A DNA stretch of 63,527 nucleotides, filler included, from Octopus bimaculoides (lineage: Eukaryota): the NCBI RefSeq assembly GCF_001194135.2. It is 5 parts of 3 records of this genome, joined end to end, with 100 filler letters (N's around TTAATTAATTAA, not from the genome) between each part and the next. Parts side by side here need not be neighbours in the genome. Positions count along the whole stretch, not along the records: positions 1 to 25,022 come from NC_068985.1; 4 more parts are not named here. One strand, 5' to 3'. Below the pieces are notes generated by a model. That model saw only the letters and a list, made by a program, of their open reading frames with translations, had not been told where the DNA came from and did not search any database. Positions 11,935 through 24,079 of the stretch are shown here, piece after piece; the first letter of the stretch is position 1; each line of letters starts with the position of its first letter. Made by a program: the position numbers and the translations under genes.

Positions 11935-12093
11935 ACTGGGCAGGGCGCCAGTCTATCGTAGGATTACTCATTCTTGCTAGTTGAAATAGGATAATATGAA
12001 GTGTTTAGCGCAAGGAAACAAAGTATAACCTGATCCAGGAATGGAAACCACAATCTTACGATCATGAATAAAACACTCAACCACGTGCCTCCA
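11935..12093 (-). mobile_element. SINE family C-like 5' part, degraded
   Basis: CCAGGAATGGAAACCACAATCTTACGATCATGA = reverse complement of a tRNA-like head. Confidence 0.55.
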
Positions 12094-12414
12094 GTACTAT
12101 ATTAGCATAATTTATCATAATTTAGTAATTCTCCTTTAGCGGTTTCAAATATCCCACTTCGTATCTTAATGATTAATGATTTGGACGAACTTAGCTATGT
12201 TTATATATATATGAAAACACAAAAGTTTCATGTCAGCTCCTATATTCAGTGTATTCCAAATTGCGTTACTTTTCCTGTTTAATTGTTAGTGTTGCTACAC
12301 AAAAGTTGGAGGATGGAAATCGCATTGACATTTATAAAGCTTTTAATTTAATATTTACCCACTCTACTGATAATGGCGGAATTTTTTTTTTCAGTTCTAC
12401 ATATAGAAATTTAT

Positions 12415-12560
12415 ATATATACGACAGGCTTATTTCAGTTTTTCCGTCTACCCAATCCACTCACAACGCTTTGGTCGGCCCGAGGCTATAGTAGAAGGCT
12501 AAGGTGCTACGCAGTGGGACTGAACCCGGAACTATGTGGTTGGGAAGCAAGCTTCTTTAT
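12415..12560 (-). mobile_element. SINE family A, 5' half
   Basis: Reverse complement of 9820-9965. Confidence 0.85.
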
Positions 12561-12655
12561 TTCTTCAAATTAGCCATAAAAGCTTTACATAGATGGCAGC
12601 AAATGCGGGCTGTTCAACAACACAAATGAAATGAATGATGAGTAAAATAATGATA

Positions 12656-12707
12656 TTGATGAGGGAAGCAGACGATGCCCCCTGATCACTGCTTCCCGAA
12701 AATATTG
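12656..12707 (+). ncRNA. Decayed hammerhead-like motif
   Basis: TTGATGA, perfect 9-bp helix II (GGGAAGCAG/CTGCTTCCC), GAAA, AATATT palindrome; helix I and cleavage triplet not conserved. Confidence 0.3.
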
Positions 12708-12749
12708 TTCTTTTTTTCTCTTTTATAAAAACAAATTGAGGTTATAAAC

Positions 12750-13670
12750 CTCTTATTATAGTTCATTGGGACACCAGGTCCTTTCAAATGAGGCACTAAG
12801 CCTCTTACCTTTTTTACAACTCGAGGCATTAGAGCCTCTTACTTTCATGCCCGACTAGGCACACTGCCGCAAGGAAGCACCTGGACGGTGTCAAGTCGGG
12901 ACACTTTAGCATAAATTTAAATATATCCTTAGAAAAGGAGCTCATTATCCTGCACAAGTCAGTTTCCCTTATGACCTCCGAGCCACCTGCGGAGAACAAT
13001 CAGGGTCCTCAATGCAGGACAGAACTCCTTCCCCCCAGCCTTTTTTTGTTACCTTCTCTACGAAGTTCTCTAAAGCCCCTCCCTTGTGAAAGAGGAATTA
13101 CAAACTCCTCGTGTCTATCACATAGGCAGGGGCCACAGTTTCTTCCGTCGGTGGCACAATTCCTACCGACGGGGTTTCGGGACACGCCGGCAGAGTTTTA
13201 GTAACCACCAGCAATGCCCCGTTTTTCTTCTTCTTTTCTTTTCTTTTCTTTTCTTTTGCCACGGGAGGGTGAAGTTCTTCCGTTTTGTCCGAAAGATTTT
13301 CCTTCCCTCCCGCAGCCTTAGGATCTCTCGGTAGACAACCATTTCCACCCTCCTTCTTCCTCTTTCGGCCCTTTTTCGTCGAGGAGGCCTCCACCTCTTC
13401 GACCATCTCTCTTTCACCCTCCGAACGNNNNNNNNNNNNNNNNNGGGGGCTCTTCCTCAGCTAATTACTCCAGAACCCTACTCTGATCCTGGGGACAGTT
13501 CTTTTTTATATGGCCTGGTTCCAAGCACATGTGACACTTGGGGTGGGGGTGGGGCGTCCCTCAAGTATCACCGGATACCTGTTACCAGCCATAGTCAGAA
13601 AATCTGGGAAGACCAGATTCTTAGCTGAGTGGGTCCACAGGCTCAAAGCAGCAGGTTTCGTATGGCAAAT
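12750..13670 (-). mobile_element. LINE (L1/Tx1-like) ORF1/gag-like fragment with CCHC zinc knuckle
   Basis: Minus strand PVILEGRP...KCHMCLEPGHIKKNCP (CX2CX4HX4C at 13495-13536), then K/E-rich low-complexity ORF 13098-13406; GC-rich island. Confidence 0.7.
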
Positions 13671-13764
13671 TCATGAATATTTATTTGATTAAAAAATTAA
13701 AATAATAAAAATAAAACTACTAAGGATTTAAATTACTTAGCATTGGTATTAGATTTCGATTTAA

Positions 13765-13885
13765 ATCGGCATGCTGACAGAATCGTTAGCACGTCGGGAA
13801 AATTGTGTAATAGCATCTCCTCCAATTTTACATTCTGAGTTCAAATTCCGTCGAGCTCAATATTAGTTTTTCATCTTTGATGGCT
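13765..13885 (+). mobile_element. SINE family B, 5' part
   Basis: CAGAATCGTTAGCACG...TTCTGAGTTCAAATTCCG. Confidence 0.7.
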
Positions 13886-14590
13886 ATTCAAAGTTTTCAA
13901 AATCTTTATTAGTCAGCAAAGGGAATTGCTGATGTAAATTAATTTCCAAAAATATCCAAAATAATTCAAAGAAAAAAAATAATTTACACAGGTTTCCGTT
14001 AATATATACATTTTGTATGTGGTATCTACATAACATTTTGTTGATTTTAATGCAAAGCTGTGTAAATGTTTGTATTTCCGAAAGTTTCATTTTGTTAGCC
14101 TTCGTGTAAAATTACATTTTTATGAAAATGTGTCACTAGGAATTGTTTGTGAAAAATTGTGATCCTAAGATTTTAAGTGTTTATTAAAATCCCGGAACCG
14201 GCTATAAGAAACAGCGAATGAAATTTTCAGATTTTTTTACTATATTTTTTTCTCAAAACAAACTTTAAATCCAAAAAGATGGGTTGGCTGATAAATCAAA
14301 ATGACTTTGGGGGACTAAAAATTTCATGTGAAATGCAGCAGAATTTTAAAAAAGTAGAGACGATGCTTGAATGTTTGCGTTCCATGTTTACGTTGTATAC
14401 AACATCGACTTGTATGTCGCTAATTATGGCATATCTATTTTGATTTGATCATTAATTAAGCTAAACGTAAATAGAAACAGCACTGTATTTAAGAGATGAG
14501 GAATTATGTACGTTACTTACGTTATTTACATTTGACGGATATTTGTCCTCATCTTGTTTGTTGTTCGGCATCTCACGGATGCATGCCGTT

Positions 14591-14999
14591 GTTCTGGTTA
14601 ACAGAAAGTGAACTCTTCAGCAAGACAATACAAGACCTCATTTCGCTCGAACGAACGAACCGAAATAAACTCCAGGAACTTGAGTGAATCGAACTGATGC
14701 TACACCCAGCATATAGATCGGACCTACCTTACTCGGATCATTGCTTGTTCCCATCCATGGCTCACTTCCTGCGCCCGCGACGCTTCATCAACCAAGAGGA
14801 GGTTGAAACTTCAGTGTAGCAGTTCCTCGTCTCGAAGGGCAAGAACTGATATCAGCGTGAAATTAAGGAACTGATAGAGAGGAGGCTTCAGACGGGGCAA
14901 TCCAGTAGCCTCTATTTTGACTGCTTGGCTGCTTTTGCTGTAACTTAACAAAATAAATAAGTTACCAAAATATTGCAAAATATTTGACTCAACGCAATG
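14591..14999 (+). mobile_element. Mariner transposase 3' fragment plus probable right TIR
   Basis: QQDNTRPH...KLQELE*IELMLHPAYRSDLPYSDHCLFPSMAHFLRPRRFINQEEVE...YQREIKELIERR...LYFD, matching DNARPH / HPPYSPDLAPSD; stops and a frameshift. Confidence 0.9.
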
Positions 15000-16159
15000 C
15001 ATGTCGGCAGTGGGTAACTGTTGAGAAGTGAAACACTGTTTTCCTCAACTAGCTAATGTTATTCTTGATACTATCAGAGTAATATATGCACTCACATATA
15101 CAATTGTATTTGCAATTGCAACCAAGACTTTTTGAATTTAGCTTTAACTAGTTTGTGTGAGTGTACGCGTATGTATATGTATATGGTGTTAGGTGAACAA
15201 TGGAAAGCAAAAAAGAAAAAGTGCTTTCGTTGCATTTTGTAATGTCTTTGCTCCTGTTATTAGCTGAGTATTGCTTACGATAATCAATTCCTAAAAAACT
15301 TCGTGGTTTTATTTGTTTAACAATCCTATGCCAGCAAGTTACTAGCAAAGAATTCCTACAAACTTCGTTCGATTTTATTAGTTCAGCATTCATGTGTCAG
15401 CTAGCAACTAGGAAATCATATCACTTTCTTCTACATACTTTCCTAAATTTACAGCCTCACATATGGCGAGGGGCATTAATACAATGTCCACATGTGTGTG
15501 TGTACACATATATACATAAATATATGTATATATATATATATATNNNNNNNNNNNNNNNNNNNNNNNNNNNNNNNNNNNNNNNNNNNNNNNNNNNNNNNNN
15601 NNNNNNNNNNNNNNNNNNNNNNNNNNNNNNNNNNNNNNNNNNNNNNNNNNNNNNNNNNNNNNNNNNNNNNNNNNNNNNNNNNNNNNNNNNNNNNNNNNNN
15701 NNNNNNNNNNNNNNNNNNNNNNNNNNNNNNNNNNNNNNNNNNNNNNNNNNNNNNNNNNNNNNNNNNNNNNNNNNNNNNNNNNNNNNNNNNNNNNNNNNNN
15801 NNNNNNNNNNNNNNNNNNNNNNNNNNNNNNNNNNNNNNNNNNNNTATATATATATATATATATATATGTATATAAAGACATATGTTTATACACACACACA
15901 TACACATACACACACATGGGCATAAAACTGCTTGAGCCGAGACATAAATAGACCACCACAACCATATCGTCCGCTCAATATTATTTTTATGTTGAAAGAA
16001 GTCTCTGACTGAGCATATGGTCCGACTGACAGACTAATAGCGAATATGCAGCGGATAACTTTGTTAGTTTTATACAATTAACAGTATGTTCTTTAAAGAA
16101 GACATTTCTTTACAGATTATATAGGTTGCCCTAAAAAACGAAGACTTTTAAATTATGAT

Positions 16160-16300
16160 AGAAGCTCGCTTTTCAACCATCATGTTTCGGTTTTGATCCC
16201 ACTGCGCGGCACCTTTGGAAAGGCTCTTTTTCTATAGCCCCGGGGTCAAAAACTGCCTTGTGAGTGAATCTGTAGGCGGAAACTGCACGTATATGTATAT
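16160..16300 (+). mobile_element. SINE family A, 5' half, degraded
   Basis: GATCCCACTGCGCGGCACCTT...CCTTGTGAGTGAAT. Confidence 0.7.
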
Positions 16301-16347
16301 CCAGACACACACACATACGTATGTGTGTGTGTGTGTGAGTGTAGTGT

Positions 16348-16387
<40 letters not shown>

Positions 16388-16924
16388 TGTTTACGTATGC
16401 ACGATGGCATACGTATGTGAAGTGTGCGTGCGTATGTAAGTATTTGTTATCGTAATTGCTTCTGTTCTGCTCGCTGTGATCCAGCAGTTGACTATTTCAT
16501 CAAACGTGTCCATCACTTTCTGATGCAGTAATAAACAATTTGGCGAAGATTTGGTTGAAGTATCTTGCAGCTTGAGAGTCACTTATAGGCTGCTTGTTTG
16601 TTATNNNNNNNNNNNNNNNNNNNNNNNNNNNNNNNNNNNNNNNNNNNNNNNNNNNNNNNNNNNNNNNNNNNNNNNNNNNNNNNNNNNNNNNNNNNNNNNN
16701 NNNNNNNNNNNNNNNNNNNNNNNNNNNNNNNNNNNNNNNNNNNNNNATATATATATATATATAAATGAGGATAAGATCAATATTTAAAATATCTATTTTA
16801 TCAAGTGGCCAGCATGGGAATAAAAACCATCAAAAGTAATAATTGTTTAAAATTATAATTTAGGGTATCTAAACAATTATATATATATATATATGTATAT
16901 AATGTTAAATATTTCATAACTGCT

Positions 16925-17090
16925 AATAATCCTTTCTACAACAGACGCAAAGCCTGGAATTTCATCGACCCTGAAAGAATGAAAGGCAAACTCGACCCCG
17001 GCGGAATTTGAACTAAAAACGTAGCGACGGGCGAAATACCGGTAAGCTTCTCGTCCAGCGCGTTAACGACTCTGCCCGCTGGCTGCGCTA
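16925..17090 (-). mobile_element. SINE family B
   Basis: ATCGACCCTGAAAGAATGAAAGGCAAACTCGACCCCGGCGGAATTTGAACT. Confidence 0.85.
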
Positions 17091-17356
17091 TAACTGCTAA
17101 TAATGATATTAATACTAACTAATGTTTCTATTAACATTATTAATAATACAGAACATAATAAAAGGTCATTAAGATTTCGGTGAAGAGATTGGTGATAATA
17201 ATGATAATAGGGATGAAAATAATAGAAGTAGGAGTGGAGATATACTTAGTGTTTGAGGTCGGTTTGTTTTGTTAGCAAATGACACTCAAACAAAACAACA
17301 ATGTTATCTTGCTTCGAGTGTCACAGATTACAAACATTCTTTCCGTTGCTACACCG

Positions 17357-17405
<49 letters not shown>

Positions 17406-17589
17406 TGTATTTATGTATGTATGTATGTATGTATGAATGAATGAATGAATGTATATATGCCTATATAAACATATACCATATATAGATATATATTCTTTTA
17501 TTCTTTTATACGTTTCAGTCGTGTGCTGCGGTCATGCTGGAGCGACTCCGAGAATTTCTATCCTTTCTTAAACCCTTTACTGTGACTGG

Positions 17590-19200
17590 TTGCATCTGGA
17601 TGGTGGGATTACATATGACCGTTCTTGTATGTCTTTCTTTTTCCAATTGTCGGTTCAATTGTAACTCCTGCCTGGACAACGCATCGTCTGGTATCGTACA
17701 TAGGAGAATGTCCAGTTCCATTCTGAAGACATCCACATCTAAAATGTGTAGATTTCTTAATTCTTAATACTTTTAGCACAGCATTGATATGCTTGGGGTC
17801 TTTGAATCCTCAGCTAATGCAGTACTTGGTCCTCACTTCAAATGGAGTGGACGGTACCAAAGGTATATGCAGTGGTGTTTGGTACGGGTGTTTGTATAAC
17901 TCTTCATGCCAAAGTTAATTGCGATAACCTACAGGGTTCTCAACTTTCAGCTTATAACACATCTCTCGCATCTTCGTTCCGGGAGTAAAGTCGTAGCTTT
18001 TTCAGCTTCTCCTTGTAGTTCTTCTGCTGCACTATGGCAATATTCTTAATATAGTAACTTTAGCTCGCTCCAAGTTCCGCATTCGTGACATTTTGCGACG
18101 ACTACAGCTGGGAGCAATAGACCAGGCAGCTGAGAGCAATAGTTCTGGCAGCCGAGAGCAAAGATCTTCCATAGAGCCAACATGAATTCTCGGTCTCTTG
18201 TTTTGAAGGACCTTAGTACTCATCCTGCCAGTTGTCTGTACTTTGTTGCTATTTTGGTAATGTGCACGAGAAACGATGCAACCTTATACATAATGATTCG
18301 CAAGACCCTCACTGTCTGTGACTCTGGGATTGCAGTGCCTTCGGGCCCTGTGTATGCGTACTTCGGAGTCCATTTGTAAGCTGATAGCGCAGTGCTTGAA
18401 ATTTTCCAGCATTAAATTGCATGCTGATTTTTTTTCCCAGTTCACATGTGTATTGCATTGAGGTCCGGCTGCAAACTTGTGACATGGTAAAGATTATTTA
18501 TTGCAAACAACAATTTTGAACCATCTGCGTAGCTAGTGTCAGTGGATGTGTTTGTGACAATGGACATATCTGAGAGAACTATTACAACCAGTTGTTGACC
18601 CAGGTCTGTTCTTTGGGGACTCCACTTGGAATTTGTTTCCGTAAAGAGGGCACCATTGCCTGCAAACTTACTGACTGCTATCTTTTAGCAAATCATAAAT
18701 CCACTCTCCTAGTTCACCAGATAGGCCAAGAACTCGCAGCTTGTGACATATCATGTTATGATCCACCTTATTGAAGCCCTTTATGAAGTTAAGATAAAAC
18801 CACATTGATATATGAATGGTTGAGCAGCTGTTTGAAAACCCAGTCATAGTACCACATGAGCTGTGTGAGAGATGTGTGAGGCAGCGTCTCGAATGACCAT
18901 GCTGAATAGCGTTCAGTAAGTCATTTCTTTTTGTAAGAACGCTCTCCGTTTACTTTGGACGATTCTTTTCATGACTTTACTGATATATGAAATCAGAGAG
19001 ACAGGCCTGTAGGTTTTAAATATCTCCTCTACTCCCACCTTTATGGATAGGGCATATGATGTCTTCATTTAGCTTTTTAGGAAGTTTACCACTAGTAAGG
19101 AAACTTTGGAAAAGTATCTTAAGTGGTTTTGTTGAAGCCTGTTAACTAAAATTCATTCAAGAAAACAGCAGGGAAACCATCGGGGCCAGTTGCTGTTCGT
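17590..19200 (-). pseudogene. CR1-like LINE reverse transcriptase, 5'-truncated and degraded
   Basis: ATGPDGFPAVFL...KPLKILFQ...ICPIHKGGSR...YRPVSLISYISKVMKRI...YLNFIKGFNKVDH...SGVP...SYADG...VLRSFKTRD...DVFRMELDILLCTIPDD; many stops and frameshifts. Confidence 0.9.
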
Positions 19201-19339
19201 TACGCAATTGGAAGTCTCAGGCACATAAGCCGCAGTTGTGGGTTATCTTGGTGTTGTTTGTGTTGTGCTGTCCGGCTCTCTCTCTCTCTCTCTCTCTCTC
19301 TTCAAGATTGGTTTTTCGATAGGATCCAATACGAGGTAG

Positions 19340-19467
19340 TATGGAATAGGGGACAGGTTGTTACCTAAGCAGTACTTATTCTATCAGTCTATTTTGCCGA
19401 AGCGCTAAGTTACGGGGACGTAAACACACCAACATCGGTTGTCAAGGGATGGTGGGATACAAACACA

Positions 19468-19509
<42 letters not shown>

Positions 19510-19565
19510 AGAAACATATATATATATATATACACACACAAACGTATATATATAAACACATCATC

Positions 19566-19640
<75 letters not shown>

Positions 19641-19830
19641 GAAACACGAACATATATATACATGCAGGCTTCTTTCAGTTTCCGTCTACCAAATCCACTC
19701 ACAAGGCCTCGGTCTGTCCGAGGCTATAGCAGAAGACACTTGCCCAAGGTGCCACACAGTGGGACTGTACCTGGAACCATGTGGTTGGTAAGCAAGCTAC
19801 TTACCACACAACCACGCCTACGGCTATATA
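19340..19830 (-). mobile_element. SINE family A, near full length, with internal (TA)n expansion
   Basis: Both halves match 9801-10293 in reverse. Confidence 0.9.
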
Positions 19831-20214
19831 TATATATAATCATAAAAGATACATACATACATACATACGTACGTACGTATATAATTATACGCGCTTACAC
19901 ACATACGCATACACTAAACATTTATGAATCTACACACTTCTCAGGAACCGGAACAATGAACTAAAACATTAAGGCGAGTGTGGATAATGTTTACACAATT
20001 GGCAGCAGCAAGTTGAGAAACGTAAATGTTTATTTTGTTCACATTGTGGTTTCCATTATAGAGGTTAAGTATTCCATAATTACTGGTTAGAGTTGCTACT
20101 TAACAAGTGACGGCATTAAAGTACCCATTATCTCGTTCCAAAATAGCTGTTTCTTTTTTCTATTCCATATGAAAAAGATGTATTTCTTATACATACTTAG
20201 ATACACACACGCAC

Positions 20215-20261
<47 letters not shown>

Positions 20262-20292
20262 CAAAATAAGCAACACGAATTTTAAAGATGAT

Positions 20293-20357
20293 TGCAGTAC
20301 GCACGTTTCATGCTACTCCATTTATTTAAGTAATGCGTAGAGCAATCTTCAGCGGCA
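20293..20357 (-). ncRNA. Minimal type I hammerhead-like motif (best preserved)
   Basis: Minus strand TGCCG-CTGAAGA-TTGCT...AGCAT-GAAA-CGTGCG-TA-CTGCA; core intact, helix I 4 of 5 pairs. Confidence 0.6.
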
Positions 20358-20459
20358 CGAAAATGTAGAAAATTACAGTAGAATAGACATATTATAATTG
20401 TGGCAACATTTCAAATCCAAGTGGGAAGAAGAATACATAAAAATCCATCTTGACATAGG

Positions 20460-20888
20460 CTAGCCTGGTCCTGAAGCCATGTAAACAGGCTTTAGCGAAA
20501 TCACTTCAGATACTTTGCCAAGGTTTCCTTCCAAGAGGTAAACTTCCTAAAAAGCTGGAAGAAGACATCATATGCTTTATCCACAAAGGTAGAAGCAGAG
20601 CAGAGGCCCAAAACTATAGGCTAATCTCTCTGACTTCACATGTAAGTAGTAAAGTCATGGAGTGAATCATCAGGAAGAAGTTGATAATGTTCCTAGAAGA
20701 AAATTACCCACTGAGCAATGCACAACACGACTTTCTTCCAAGCCGCTTGACCATTCAGATATCAGTGTGATTCACCTTGACATTGCAAAGGCATTTGATT
20801 AGTTAGATCACGGCACGATATGTCATAAGCTACGAGATCTTGGCATTGCCGGTAACCTGGGAGAGTAGCTGCATGACTTCCTTAAGTC
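20460..20888 (+). pseudogene. Second CR1-like RT fragment, same family, opposite strand
   Basis: LVLKPCKQALAKSLQIL...NYRLISLTSH...HLDIAKAFD*LDHGTICHKLRDLGIAGNLGE*LHDFLK. Confidence 0.9.
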
Positions 20889-21059
20889 ATCTCTGTGGTG
20901 GTTGGTGGTGGGGGTGGTGGTAGCCGGGACAATCGTGGATGATGGTAAGTGATGTGAAAAACAGTGGTGATGGTGGTGGAGGGGAAAGTGGCAGCGTCAG
21001 ATGTCTGAATGGTGTGTGTATGGCAGTTGTACTGGCGATGGTGATGGTTGAAAACAATC

Positions 21060-21205
21060 AACGTTTCATTTTGTCTTGCCCGCTTATGTTCTTGCGTCTG
21101 CTGAACTTTTTCTAGAGAACATTCTTTTCTTTGTGGTTAGATCGTAGGTGATCTTTTTCTAGCATATCAGATATTCACTTAGTGGTCATCCCTTCTTACA
21201 AGAAA
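21060..21205 (-). mobile_element. Possible Tc1-like transposase N-terminal remnant
   Basis: EGMTTK*ISDMLEKDH...KKFSRRKN loosely resembles the Tc1 HTH region (IA..L.RDHRTI). Confidence 0.3.
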
Positions 21206-21213
21206 ACATACAG

Positions 21214-21650
21214 AAAGGCGGCGATCTGGCAGAATCGTTAGCATGCTGGGCGAAATGCTTAGCGGCATTTCGTCTGTTTTACGTTCTGAGTTCAAATTCT
21301 GCCGAGGTCGACTTTGCCTTTCATCCTTTCGGGGTCGATAAATTAAGTACCAGTTACGCACTGGGGTCGATGTAATCGACTTAATCCCTTTGTCTGTCCT
21401 TATTTGCCCCCTCTATGTTTAGCCCCTTGTGGGCAATAAAGAAATAAGAAACGTTAGCATGCCGGGCGAAATGCTTAGCGGTATTTCGTCCGTGTTTACG
21501 TTCTGAGTTCAAATTCCACCGAGGTCGACTTTGCCTTTTATTCTTCCGGGATCGATAAAACAAGTACAGGTTGATTATTAGGGTCGAGATAATCGATTAT
21601 CCTCCTCGCCTGAAATGTCTGGCTTTGTGCCAAAATTTGAAACCAATATT
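21214..21650 (+). mobile_element. SINE family B dimer with two different 3' tails
   Basis: Head + body + tail ending CCCCTTGTGGGCAATAAAGAAATA, then a headless body from AGAAACGTTAGC + tail GCCAAAATTTGAAACC. Confidence 0.9.
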
Positions 21651-21934
21651 TAGATTTGTATGTTTCCTCTGATGTTATAAGATCAATTATATTCCCACGA
21701 TTGCTTTACATTCCGATATTCCTATTTCTGCCGTTCTTTTTTTTTTCCTTTTTTTTTTTTGTTTTGGCGAAGGCTTTAAAGAGTACAGAACTTCAAGAAT
21801 AAAAGATCATTTGCTCAATGACAATTTCTAATTTAAAAAAATTACTAAATTACTAAAAACTTACCAAGACCTGTGCTATATAATCAACTTGATTTAGATA
21901 AATACCATTTAAAGAATAACGCAGCACGATCCGG

Positions 21935-22112
21935 CAAATTCGATGGAGAGAGAAAGTCAATTACATCGACCCCAGTACTCAACTGGTACTAATTTTACTG
22001 ACGCAAAAAGGTTGAAAGTCAAAGTCGACCTCGACAGAATTTGAACTCAGAAGGTAAAATCCGATGACGTGCCACTGAATATTTTGTCTGGTGCGGTAAC
22101 AATTCTGCTAGC
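21935..22112 (-). mobile_element. SINE family B
   Basis: ACATCGACCCCAGTAC...AAAGTCGACCTCGACAGAATTTGAACTCAGAA. Confidence 0.8.
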
Positions 22113-22147
22113 CTTAATAATGGTTTCAAATTCTGGGGTCAAACTAA

Positions 22148-22655
22148 AGTGTTTGATCCGAGCCAAAAAAAAAATAGTGCAATAGGTGTACAACCACATG
22201 TAGTAAACGAATATGAAAAAAAAACATGCGCGCTGGCGAACGGGGGCGGGGAAGAGGACTCGGAAAATTCACATCGGGAATGTTCCGAGTCCTCTCACCA
22301 CTCGCCGTCCGTCGGCGAATTTTTTTTCTTCATATTCGTTTATTATACGTTATTTTACACCTTGTACACTATTTTTTTTTCAATTTTTGTGATGGGGTGT
22401 GGGTGGCGTGCATACCCGGATAATTCACATGATCCAATAACCCAACTTCGACACCCGGTCACAAAAAGGATAAAAAAGTGTAATAGGTGTAAAACAACAT
22501 GTAGTAAACGAATATGAAAAAAGATGCGCGCTGGCGAACGGTGGGGAGAGGACTCGGAAAATTCAGACCTTGACCTTTAAACTCCAGTGTTTGACCCGAG
22601 TTACTGGATCGTGCGAATTATCCGACTCCACACCCCACCCATACCCCGTCACAAT
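22148..22655. repeat. Nested inverted/direct repeat array (A+, A-, B+, A+, B-)
   Basis: A at 22165-22265, inverted 22283-22380, direct 22471-22564; B at 22387-22454, inverted 22588-22655. Confidence 0.85.
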
Positions 22656-23692
22656 NNNNNNNNNNNNNNNNNNNNNNNNNNNNNNNNNNNNNNNNNNNNN
22701 NNNNNNNNNNNNNNNNNNNNNNNNNNNNNNNNNNNNNNNNNNNNNNNNNNNNNNNNNNNNNNNNNNNNNNNNNNNNNNNNNNNNNNNNNNNNNNNNNNNN
22801 NNNNNNNNNNNNNNNNNNNNNNNNNNNNNNNNNNNNNNNNNNNNNNNNNNNNNNNNNNNNNNNNNNNNNNNNNNNNNNNNNNNNNNNNNNNNNNNNNNNN
22901 NNNNNNNNNNNNNNNNNNNNNNNNNNNNNNNNNNNNNNNNNNNNNNNNNNNNNNNNNNNNNNNNNNNNNNNNNNNNNNNNNNNNNNNNNNNNNNNNNNNN
23001 NNNNNNNNNNNNNNNNNNNNNNNNNNNNNNNNNNNNNNNNNNNNNNNNNNNNNNNNNNNNNNNNNNNNNNNNNNNNNNNNNNNNNNNNNNNNNNNNNNNN
23101 NNNNNNNNNNNNNNNNNNNNNNNNNNNNNNNNNNNNNNNNNNNNNNNNNNNNNNNNNNNNNNNNNNNNNNNNNNNNNNNNNNNNNNNNNNNNNNNNNNNN
23201 NNNNNNNNNNNNNNNNNNNNNNNNNNNNNNNNNNNNNNNNNNNNNNNNNNNNNNNNNNNNNNNNNNNNNNNNNNNNNNNNNNNNNNNNNNNNNNNNNNNN
23301 NNNNNNNNNNNNNNNNNNNNNNNNNNNNNNNNNNNNNNNNNNNNNNNNNNNNNNNNNNNNNNNNNNNNNNNNNNNNNNNNNNNNNNNNNNNNNNNNNNNN
23401 NNNNNNNNNNNNNNNNNNNNNNNNNNNNNNNNNNNNNNNNNNNNNNNNNNNNNNNNNNNNNNNNNNNNNNNNNNNNNNNNNNNNNNNNNNNNNNNNNNNN
23501 NNNNNNNNNNNNNNNNNNNNNNNNNNNNNNNNNNNNNNNNNNNNNNNNNNNNNNNNNNNNNNNNNNNNNNNNNNNNNNNNNNNNNNNNNNNNNNNNNNNN
23601 NNNNNNNNNNNNNNNNNNNNNNNNNNNNNNNNNTGTGTGTGTGTGTATGCTTTTGTGTGCGTACGTGTGTATGTGGGTGATGTGTGTGGGCG

Positions 23693-23731
<39 letters not shown>

Positions 23732-24079
23732 GACAGTGTCTTTTTAGTTCTTACGTATATTCATTATACGGTCTTATTTATTCAGATTAGCAAATGCTAT
23801 GGCCATGATCTTTATTGCTGTTTATTTCAGAGGTTAATTGATTTGAAAGGCAACTTTGTTCACTTGATGCCGACGTGCAGAACATTCGGTTCTTATACAA
23901 TATTTTCTTTTCTACTGCACTTCATCCATAAACAAACATGTCTTGTAAATATTTAATTTAAAATGCTGCCTAGATAAACAAATTAACAATAAAAATGTTT
24001 AAATTATTATTAGCTTTTTATCCTCTTTCAGTCAATGTTAAAATTAGTGAAACTATAGACAAAATGCAGCCAAAAAATG

